64,000 nucleotides of DNA from Lama glama (lineage: Eukaryota): NCBI GenBank assembly GCA_028534125.1, contig CM052821.1, positions 4,650,001 through 4,714,000 on the forward strand, read 5' to 3'. Made by a program: the position numbers and the translations under genes. Positions 13,101 through 23,900 of the stretch are shown here, one piece after another; position 1 is the stretch's first letter; every line of letters begins with the position of its first letter. A model generated the notes under the pieces. The model was not told where the DNA came from. It saw only the letters and a program-made list of their open reading frames with translations, and made no database searches.

Positions 13101-14086
13101 CTCCTTTCGATCCCAGACTCCCAATCCTGAAGGCCCAATCCGCTCACCCTCAGTCTACTGACTGGGAGGGGACTGGGCACTTTCTGAAGGTGCTGAGGGC
13201 CGGGGAGAAGCTCCTCTCCCCAGCCCAGAGACATACTTGAAGGGCCAGAGCCGGGAGGTGAGGAGCTGGGGCTCCCCTCCCCCCACGCACTGTGAAGGAC
13301 CCTTGTTTACACATGCCCTCCTCATGGATGGGGGGCCTCAGATCCAGGGACAGAGGCCCCAGGCTCCCTGCAGCCTTTGCATTTTGGAGTTTCCTGAAAG
13401 CAACTTGGAACCAGAACTGGGGAGTCCAATCCCAGTTCTCTGGCCCAGACATGCCACCAGGACTCCCTGTCCAGCTCCAGCCTGCAGAGATCTGTCCCCA
13501 GCCTTGCCAGAGAGCCACAGGAAGTCCCCAGCTAAGAACCTGGAACCTGGGGAGCAAGACATGGCAGCTCTGGACAGCCCGCACCCTGGTGGCCAACGAG
13601 GAACACTAACCGTGGATGGTGCCCCAGGCCCAGCTCAGGACAGATATCCCACACCAGGATCGACGCTGGCCTGGAACCAACCCCAAGGGGAATCAGAACT
13701 CTAACGGGGCCAGATCGAACCTGGGGCCCGGGGTTGATCTGGGACCCAAACTCAGACATTGGTAACCTAACGAGGCAGATCCAGGACTACATTTGAGCCT
13801 GCTCCAGACCTGGGCCTGGAGGCCCACTCCACCTCTGACTCAGGAGAAGTCAGGAACTGCCCGGGACCCTGAAGGGGCCGTGATGGCACCAGATCTGGTA
13901 ACTTAACCCTGGCCAGATGCAGGCCCTCCCCAGTCCCCGGAGAAAGGGGGAGCCCACTGTCCTGGGCCTGCAGGATCTGGGTTCTGCCCGCCAGCTGCAC
14001 TGACGCTGCCCCTCCGCTCCCTGCCCAACTCTCCCTCCACCTCGGCTCCAGATACCCAGGACTTATTTAAACTCTGTTGCAAGTGC

Positions 14087-14092
14087 AATAAA
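14087..14092 (+). terminator. ITGA5: ITGA5 polyadenylation signal AATAAA (3' UTR about 13101-14110)
   Basis: AATAAA about 1 kb after the stop codon, preceded by the AU-rich TTATTTAA (14063-14070). Confidence 0.85.
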
Positions 14093-14564
14093 CCCGGCCC
14101 AGTGCCCCCACTGACCAGAGCTGGAATCTGTCCTACCCCACTCTTTCCAGACCCATCCTGGAACCAGACCACTGGGTGGGTAGGAAATGCCTGTTTCTTA
14201 CAGCTTCTTTCCATGGGGAACCAGGAGTATGACCCCCAGGAACTGTGGAGCTAGTTTTGTGGTTCCCTTTTCTTAAGTGAAAGAGATGATGGAAGGGGTG
14301 AGAGAGGGCTTGAATCCTCTGCCCATCACCCAGCCCCACCAGGTCTGGTCCCAAAAGGCTCCAGAAGAAGGGAGAGGAATCCCTTCTCTTTGTGTTGGAA
14401 GATTAGTGAAGAATGCAGAGGGGCAGGGGACCAAGCTAAAGGTGGGGGAAGATGGTCCAGAAGACTCACCTGGGCTTCCCTAAACCAGAGCAATGAAATG
14501 GGTTGAGAGAAAAGGCCACAGAACTAAATCAGAAGAAAGCTGGTTAGATTTTTGTTTTGTTTTA

Positions 14565-14745
14565 ATTGCCTACTGTATACTGGTGGGTAGACATTATCTC
14601 ATTTAATTTTTATCCATCATCCTGTGGAGTAGGTACATTTACACGAGGGGAAATTGAGGTCCAGAGAGGTTATGTAATTTATTCAAGGTCACACAGAGTC
14701 AAATTCAGCTTTGCCAGACTGTGAAAGCCCTCGTTCTTAACCAAC
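14565..14745. mobile_element. MIR SINE
   Basis: attatctcatttaat...gaaattgaggtccagagaggttatgtaatttattcaaggtcacacag. Confidence 0.75.
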
Positions 14746-14916
14746 ATGGCATAGGGTTCGGGTCTTTGGGAGAAGTCAGAATGAGGGAACCCCTCAGGGT
14801 CCTCTGTCTCCTCGAGGTCTGTCCTAATGTCCAGCAAGAGAACGAAGAGGGGTGCTGAAATTCTAATGAAATTTTAAGAGGCAAAGACGTCCATGTCCTG
14901 CTAGACCAGAATTGAG

Positions 14917-14931
14917 CCACCAGAGGGCAGC
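14917..14931 (+). promoter_or_regulatory. CTCF motif between ITGA5 and ZNF385A
   Basis: CCACCAGAGGGCAGC, near-perfect CTCF core consensus. Confidence 0.7.
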
Positions 14932-17569
14932 ACAACCACAAGTTCGTAGGAATTTGGGGAAGGGAGGGTCCTCACTCTTTCTCCATCACCAGGGCTATTC
15001 TTATTAACTTAGGCTCCCACCTAGCAGTGCCTGCATGATCTCAAAATACCTCTCCTGAGACACCAAGCCTGCTCCACACTCCAGTCTGTGACTTCTGATA
15101 TTTCCATACTGCAGGAACTTCTTCCCAGAACCCATGCATGCAGAGGGACCGATTGGGAGGGGGAGTCCTGATGAGGCAAAGAGCCACGCAGTATTCCCCA
15201 GGATGACAGCTGTGGCACATCAGGGCACTGGGAATTCTTGAGGAAGGAAATCCCATACTCTCCCCCTCTGGGGGGAGGGGTGGGAGTGGCATCAGTCAAA
15301 CCCCAGGGGCCAAATCTGAGATGTCTTACACTATTGTGAGGAGGAAATGAGGAGGGGAAGTGGGCTGTAAGTATTGGGCTGTTCTCATGGGTGTGTCTGT
15401 GTAGTGCCTCCACCTCTGAGTCTCAGAGAGTGACAAGGTCTCCCCTGAGGATGCACAATACAAGGTAGGAATTCCTTGGGCTCAGAAATGCTGCAGATGT
15501 AACCTAGCACCAGCCTCCCTGTCCCTGAACTGTAATTCTCAGGCGCTGGTCTGTTTCCCCTTCCAAATCTCCCAGACCCTCCAGAGCATGTCTGCCTCCC
15601 ATCTTGAGACTTCAATGATGCAGAGGGACATGAGGGTAGAGGGCTAGAGGGTCGGGGTCAGGCCTGAGTCCTAGCTGTGTCTGTGTCAGTGGAGACAGAA
15701 GGGAGGCCCCAAGAAGGGAACAGAGCAGCTGGGGGCGCAGGAGGGGGAGGGGGCGCAGAAGAGGCAGCTGGCAGGCGGGAAGCTGATCGGGGGTCTCAAG
15801 TTTCTTGACATCAATTAGAGCAGCCGGCCTGGGCTCATTAGTAGCCAGGGGTGCAGGGCTCATCAATAATGAATTCACCCTGCACCCTGCCCCCTTCCAG
15901 CTGCCTGCAAGGTCACCCCGCCCTCTAGCCAGCTGCCTCCCCTTGGTGAGCTAAGCAGCCCCTCTTCTGAGACCTCTCTAACTCCAAGTCCCCAGGGGCA
16001 GTGGTGGGGGGGTGAACAAAGCTGAGGGCAAAGGGGTCTCTATCACCTATCGGCCACGCCTGATGCTGACTCTAGTTTGTTCTCTGAGTCCACCCACGAG
16101 AAGAAAGAACGGGAAGAGGCAAGGAGGAGTATATGTGTGGGGGATGGATAACAAGGTCTGGGAGAAGCAGGCTTTGTGATTCTAGGGTCAAACAGCACAG
16201 TGGTAGGTCAGATCTGGAGCAAGAGGACCTCCTCTGATGGGCTTGGAGACCCTACCTTCTCCCCCAAGATCAGACTTGGGCAGCGAAGCCACAGTTCCCT
16301 GAGATCTCTGGGCCTCTGGATCAGAAAAAGACCAAGGCACTGGCAGCCCCAGAATCCTCTTGCCCTCAAGCTGAAGCACCTTGGCAGGTGCAGAAACATA
16401 TCTTGTCTTCAGACCAGATCAGTGGGGTAAGAACAAGAGACTGCTGAGGCCCAGAAATAGGAACTTGAACTTCCTGTACCTTAATTAGCCATCTAGTCCC
16501 AAATTCCCTGCAGGACCCAGGAGTGCAAGTCCCCAGTCCCTTTCCAGTTTCCTAGACTGTTCCAAGACTCCAGTCCCACCCCTCTTCCACTGACTTCTTC
16601 CTCCCTGGCTCCACCTTCCCTAAGTCCCAAGCATTATAGTTCCTAGTCACAGCTCCTTTCCCTTTGGCTGGGGTTGGCCTGAAGCTGGCTGCCTGGCATT
16701 CTGGGATATCCTCCTGCTGCCCTCCCTCTTGGGCAGGTACAGACAGGTCCAGGCTGTAGCAGCTCTCTCTTCCCCAGACACCTTGCAGACTCCCAGACTC
16801 CAGCCTCTTGTTGCCATCCCAGCTGCCCGCCTCTAGCCAAGGCCCCCTATCAGTGCTTAGAATACATCCGGTGTGCTGTACTCCGCCTTCCCCCCGACAT
16901 TCTCCCCAGCCCATACATTCTTATCCTCCATCCTCCCCTCCACTTCATCAAAGACCCCCCAGCAGGCCTCTTCAATCCAAGCTCACCTTAGTAGGGAATG
17001 CCCTGGATAGATGCTCCCATCCCCACACCAGTCCACGACATGTCTACAAGGTTGAGCCTCAGTTCTGGATCTTCTGTCATCTTCTGGTTGTCCTAATGAT
17101 CTCAGTTGCAAGCTTCTATTTCTACCTCTTTGGGTCCTTTGATTGCAGTCTCTTCCCTCAGACCTTCCCTAAGGACCTAAGCATTCAGACCCCAGCCAGA
17201 GATCAACCTGGGGTCCATCTTCAGCCCCACGTTTCACCACTGAGACCCAGCCCCTAGGCATCCAACTCCAAAGTCAGAGGAACAAGCTAGGACCCAAATA
17301 TTCTCTGCCCCACCCCCTGCCCCCACCCAGCTCATCACTCTGGAGAGGATTCAGGTGTCCAACCCAGGCCCCATCCCTCCCCAGAGTATTTAGGCATCCC
17401 TCACCCCATATCAGCCCATGACCAGACTTCCCGCCCTCAGACTCAGCCCTTCGCAGAAACCCAGGCATCTTCGTTTCCAGCTTCCTGTATCAGCACACAC
17501 CGTCTTCTAGATGACTTGCTCCCCTAGCCCTGACTGCAGTGACACTGTAAATCCAGGAGACTCAGGGGC

Positions 17570-17930
17570 AGCAAGCAGAAGAGACAGCGGGAGGGGGCGC
17601 GAGGAGCCGCCAGGACGCCCCCTCCTGGAGCCCTGGGTGCCCGGATCCCCGCTCCTCCCGTCTTCACCTGCTGCGGGCTCCGCCCCCGCTCCTCCTCGGC
17701 CGGCCTCGGCTCCTCCCCCGACTCCACCCCCCCGTACCCCCAGCCTAGCCAGAACGGCCCCCGGGACAGAGCGACGCGGAACCCCGGGCGCCAGGGTCCC
17801 CAGCATGATCCTCGGTGAGTGGGCTCTGCGGCTCCAGGCTCCAGGCTCCTGGGTCCCTCTCAGTAGGTCACCCCCGCCCAACCTCCGGCACCGCGGTGAC
17901 TGCGGCCGCCCGTCAGCGACCGATTCCCCC
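17570..17930 (+). promoter_or_regulatory. ZNF385A: CpG-island promoter of ZNF385A (distal first exon)
   Basis: High CpG density and GC boxes (ccgcccc) around the MILG start exon. Confidence 0.8.
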
Positions 17931-20900
17931 TCCCCCTTCATCTGGCTCCACATCTGGGGCCCCCTCTTGCCCTCTTCCCCAGACTGCTGCTTCTTCTCCC
18001 GGGAATCTAGGGAGTGGTAAAGGGGGAGGCAGAGCCAAGTGAGACCCCCTGCCCCATAATGAGAACATTGCGTATTCATGAGGCTCATGAATATTATATG
18101 ACAGTCTACGAGAGGCTGGGGGAGGGGGCTGGTCCCGGCCTGGTGGAGTTGAGGGAAAGGTTCGGACCCGTCCTCTCCTCACCCCCCAGCGCCTCCCCTC
18201 ACCCTTGGCTCAAACACTCCGACATCCTTCTGGGCCCAGGATAAGAGGGAAAGGAGGAAGTGGGGGGCGGGCGCGGGGGGGTGGGGGGAAGAAGATGGTG
18301 GGTGTAGCTTCGAGGTGTGTGCGGTGGGAGGTGGAACCTGCAAGCTGAAGATAAGGGGCCTGGGGAGAAGAAGGGGTGGGGAACTCTGCATCCCCGGGCC
18401 CCTGCAGCTTGGATCCTGTCTCCGCAGCCATCCTGCCCCAACACGCTGGGACCTGCCCCTCTCTCTCCCTGCTCCGGCTGCCTGGGCCCTTCCTTCCCGG
18501 CCTCCTTCTTCTCCTTCTTCCCCTACCCCACCCCCACCCCTGCCCTGGGCCGGGGGCACCGGGAGAGGAAGGGGCCTTGGAGAGAGTGAGGATTGGGGAG
18601 GGAGACTCCCGCCAGGCTCCCACATCCCTTCAGCCACAACCACCCATGACCTACATGGGAAGGGAGCCCCGGGTGGGGGCGGAGAGGGACTACTGCACAC
18701 TGGACTCATCAGCTGGGCTCCAGGCCCGGGCCTCCACAGTAGTCCCTGGGTCTGCTCTGTCCTCTGACCTCTGACCTCTGCCCTGGCTAGGCCGGTTCCT
18801 GGGCCTTGTTTGTGGTAGGAGACCCCCCCACCAGGCCCAGACACCTGCGGTCTCCCTGCCCCCCACCGGGGACACTTGGCTCCAAGCTGGCGCCCCAGGG
18901 CTCCCCTGGCTCCCGCCTCAGCCCTCTGCTGGTGCCTCCTTGGCTCTTTTGCTTTTCTTCTTTCACTTGACCCCTATTGACTCCCACTAGGGGTCTCTCT
19001 CCCCTTCTGCCCTCCTTCCTCCATATCTTCTCTCCCCCTCCTCTATCTCCTCACTCTCTCACCGCTTTATGTCTGCCCTCCTGCACCTGGCACTCCATCA
19101 AATCTATTAAATGAATGAGCGGATGGAGGGATGAACACCGGCTGCCTGCCTCCTTCCCAAGAGTATCTCTGGCAGGGAAGAGACTCCCCACTTTTCTATG
19201 AAGACTGTCCCTACTCTAAAGTGACCCCCACCAACACACTGGGACTCAGGTCCCCAGAGGACAGGCTCCATATTCCTTTAAGCTGTGCAATCCCCACACC
19301 CTGGATCCACCCTGGGCACGGGCCCCAGAGGCAGCATCACGCTTGTTCAGGAAAGGCCAGTGTAAGCCATGCTCCCCCTGGGCAGTAGGCCTTGGAGAAG
19401 ACCTCAGGAAGCTGCTCGGACCAGACCAAGACCTCCTACCACAGGCAGAATGCCAGGGGCCACCAGCTGGACCCCCCACCACATCTCCCTGAGGTCACAG
19501 TAATTAACTCCCTGCTTGTGCCTGGACAACGGAGGGTCAGGAAGCCTGGCAGGCCGCACACCTTACCCCTCTTTGAGGAAGGAAAGGAGAGAGGCAGGAA
19601 GCTTCCAGGCAGGGCTCGAGGCCCATTCTAAGGCTTTCAGGTTCCGAATGCTGAGGTCCACTGAACCTGGGTGCAGGTGAGGCCCAGCCCACCTGTTCAA
19701 GAACTAGTCTGTGGGCCAGGTTTAAGGTGGTGGTTTGGGGCTCAGGTTTCCCGTTCTGAGCCCTTCCTACCCTTCTCCCCAACTGGGCCCCTGCTGGGCT
19801 GATGTGGGTGGGTCGGGGGAGGGCATTGAAGGAGGCCTTTCCCGTCAGCCTGGGGAAGATTTCCCAGGGGTCTTCCTTCTTCCTTCCCAGGCTACCTCCT
19901 CCCTTTAGGCCCTGCCCCACTGACATTCACCCCAGGGTTATTAAGGATGATGGTTTGAGTAGTTGTTCATAATCATCCCCTTGTTGCTTTCATCTCTGAC
20001 TTCAAAGCCTTCCCAGCACTCAGCCTGCCTCTTGGCAAGATGGGGGAAATTGAAGCAGAAGGAGACAGATACCTGGGACTTGGTGAAGACGGCAAGGTCC
20101 AGGATTTGAGGCCCTCCCTCAACCCCCAGCTTTAGGCATTTCTGGGGTTAGAAAAGGCCAAAAGGCCTGAAGAGAAAAAGAGATGGATTAGAGATGAAAT
20201 TCCAGTCCAGATTCCAACCCCGTTTCTCCTGTGGTCCCGGAGCATAATTCCCACTTTAACCCAGTGCTGACCCTGTGCTTTTGGCCAGTTTGGGCCATAA
20301 CATGACTTGCAACCCTAACCCCAATGCCTGTCTCTGATCTGAATCTCATCCCTGCCCGATCTCCAGGCCAGCGCTAACCTGCAGCCCTACTCTAACACCC
20401 TTCCTGGCTCCTGTTCCTACACAGACGCTGCCACTCCCTGAGCCAGCTCACAGCAGACACTCCCATGCTTTGCCACGAGGGCTTCAGGCCCCAAGCCCAA
20501 CCTGAGACAGCCAAGGGGCTGGGACTCCCACCTGGGCAGAACTTCTGGGGGAGAGAGGAAGGAAAAGACCAGCCCTCAGTGGGATGGAAGGAGTCGGATG
20601 GGGCTTGTTGTGGCTTGGTCCTGGAGGGAAAACCTGAACAGGGTCAAAGTGCCCAGGGCTAGGTAGGGCGCCGAAATGGACAGGTGGACATCCATCCAAG
20701 GGACTGAGAGTTCACCCACTCTAAAGTGTGTTAGGAACTGTCTTTAATAAAGCGTTTGGCTGTTCCCCACAGAGCTGGGTGGGGCTCTAGCTGCTGGAGG
20801 TAAGTACTCTAATGAGCTTCCCTCTGGAGTGGCCTGTCCCAGCCAGACCCCAGCTCCTCCCTGCCCTGCCCCACATGTGTGTGCACACCTACACGCGCAC

Positions 20901-23900
20901 ACATACACACACACATGCACACTCCAGTTTGCTCTCCGCCCCTTCCTGCAAACCCACCTGAAGTCCTCATCAGAAGCCCTGAATTGCCTACTGCATTTCC
21001 TGCTTCTCAGCCCTCGGTGTATTCTTGTCTTTCACCCCTCCCATCCCTAGAAAAGTGTGGTGCGTGAAAGCCACGTCTGAAGCCAGACAGACCGGTTCAG
21101 ATCCCTCACCAGCTGTGTGACCTTGGTCAAGTAACTCCCTCTCTGAGCTGATGGTCATCATCTATCAGATGAGGATTTGTTTATTCAGCAAACATTTATT
21201 GAGCTTTCTTTGTGGCAGGCCAGCACTTTATGTGGATGTATTCAATCTTCCCAACAACTCCACGAGGCAGGTACCATTGCTCTCATTTGACAAAAGAGAA
21301 ATGAGACAGAGAGTCCAGAAAACGAGCTGGTTACCCAGCTAGTGAGCGGTGGAGTCGTCCACAGGGAGGCAGTGTGCATAAAGTGCCTGGCATACAGGCA
21401 GCCCTCAAAAAGTGACAATTGTTATTGTTCTCAGGAAGTAAGGGAGGGAACTGAGGCTTGGGCTACCTAATGCCAAGGGCCCTGCTTCTGCCCACTTGGT
21501 CCATAAGCTGCCACCTTCCCCCACCCCCTCAGATCTCAGTGGAGGGGACCCAGGGATCTTGGAAAAAGACACATGAATCTCCAGTTGCCCATCTTGCTTC
21601 CTTGCCTCACTGCATCCTTACTTCACCCCTTCCTCCCACTTCCCCTTCCCTGCCCCCACCCCAGGGCGCATGTCAGTGGAAAAGATGAGTCGCTGGCCAG
21701 AAGGAACTGAGTGGCTGCTACCTGTTTCCTTCCAACCCCAAGCAGCGCCTGGAACTTGTTCTCCCCTTCCTCTCCTCGGTCAGGATGGAAGCTTTGCCCA
21801 GGTCTCTGCTCCAGAGTTAGACTGGAGCCCTTTGGGGTTAGATAGCAAGAAAGAATTTACTACAGAAGGCAACAGATCTTGATTCAAATCCCAACTCTGA
21901 TACTTACAAACTGTGTAACATCAGCCAAGTTGTTTGTTTTTAACTTCTCTGAGCCTCAGTTTCTTCATATGTCAAACGGTTAAACACTAGTATCAGCTGC
22001 GCCATAGAACAGCTCCCTCAGAGATTAAATGTGATAATACTCAGAATCCATTACCTGACACAGAGCGGCTCCCGAATACATGCTTTTCTGTTGCCTTTTG
22101 CAGAACTCACCTCTCCCCTCTGAGATGGGTGTTTGAGGGGTGGGCGTCTAGAGCCGGGAAAAGGGTCAAGGAGCTGAGCTGCCACCCTCTCTGGGCCTGG
22201 AGCTATGGGGCGAGAGCAAGTGCCAGCCCCCAACCAGCTGCTCGGGGTGGGTGCTGGGTGCCGGGGACTCTGGGAGTGCTCAGGTTTCTGTCACCATTCC
22301 TGATGCCGCCTGGGGCTCGTTAAGGCTGCCCTGGCCTTGTGTGCCAGGCTGGAGGGGGCGGGGCATGGAGGGGAGAAGCCATGAGGGGACAGACAGGAAG
22401 GGGAGATGGTCACCCTGCCCCATCAGTCTGTCTGTCCCTCCCTCTCCTCTCTCCCTCTCTTGCTCTCTGTTCTCTGTCCTTCGGGCTTTCTGCCCTGGTC
22501 TCTAGCTCTGCGTCCAGCTTTTCAGTGGTGTCTCTGCTTTTCTCCCTCAGTTCAGTGCCTCTTCATCTCTCCATTGTCCTCTGTCCTCTTCTCTCTGTGT
22601 CTATGTCCCTTTTCTCACTCGCCTATTCCTGCTTCTGTCAGTCTTTCCCATTCTCTCTCACTCACTTTTGTCTGTCTGTCTGTCTGCCTCTCTCCTCTCC
22701 CCTGATCCCATCCCAACCCCGAGGTGGCGGAAGAGGGACTGGCCATGGCATACAGACCCCCAGCTGCCCAAGGGCCAAAGCCAAGCATCCTGCCCCTCTC
22801 CTTCAACCCTTTGATGTCTGGAGCCCAAGCTCCCAGGAGCCTTGACCCTTCTCTGCCTCAGGCCCCCTGGCCGCCCAGTCCTATCAGTGGGTGGAAAGGA
22901 CAGACCCCTCCAGACCTTCCTGGACCAGCTCCCTGCCCCCAGCTGTGCCTGAGCCCTCCCCACCCCCTCCCTCTCGCCTCCGATTCCCCTAATCCCTGCT
23001 CCCCCGCCCTCCCCTCTGCCCCAGTTTTCCAGGACTCTGATTGGCTGATCCTACTGACTGGACTGGGGGGGGGGCTGGCAAGGGAGGGGGCAGGGGGCAG
23101 AACCAAGGGAAGGGGACGCTGTCAGGCCCAGGCCCCTGGGGGGCCAGGGCCAGGCCACTGCCTGGGGGCAGCGGGCACCAGACACTGAAGGTATGGAAAG
23201 GGACAGTCTCTGGAGGGAGCAGGAAAGGATCCTGGGGGGGACCCTCTGCCCCAGTAAGGTCAAGGGAGGACGGGGCTAAGCTTGCAGACTCCTGGGTTTG
23301 CCTTTGTTCCTGGGAACCCCTGTTGCTGGCAGGGGCTTGCTCGAGCAGTGAAGGGCAGCCAGAGTTCCCTGACTGCTTGACAGCGAGGTTGCAGAAGGGA
23401 GCTGGACCGGCAGAAGCTCAGAGGGGTCCTGGGGGCTTCTGGGCTTCCCCTGTGGAGTCTGGCAGGGTTCCTCCCATGGGTCTAGGGGAGGAGGAGAAGG
23501 TTTCAGGGGAGGGGAGTGGAGTGGCTGGCCTGGACTTTCATTTCCCCTTCAGGTCAGACCCAGGCATTCCCCTCCCAGAGGCCAGGTCGCAGTTCCTCCT
23601 GCAGAGCTGGAGCTGAATGTCCCACTGCTGCCAGAGTGGCGTGGGGAAGACAGGAAGGCTGGGAGAGGGGCGCTGAGAATGGCCCCAGGCAATCCACCTC
23701 CCAGAGCAAATGTTGCTCACCTACCCCCAGAGATGTCGGCAGTTAATTAAGAATTATGACTGGGACAAAATCATAACTCTTGAAGGAGCCTTGAAAGAGT
23801 CAGTAACCCTCGTCCAGATCTAGGCCTCAATATCTCCCCCAACTCCTCAGGCAGAGAGATGAATCACCCACCTGACTGTTCTCCCTGGGGTGCGACTAAG

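Noticed and set aside
13098-13104. Stop-codon read-through contexts in the four genes
   Set aside because: None has the TGA-CTAG motif (TGA-CTCC, TGA-CCTG, TAG-AACC, TGA-AGAC).
15584-15593. p53 half-site GAGCATGTCT upstream of ZNF385A, a known p53 target
   Set aside because: Only one half-site; no adjacent second decamer.
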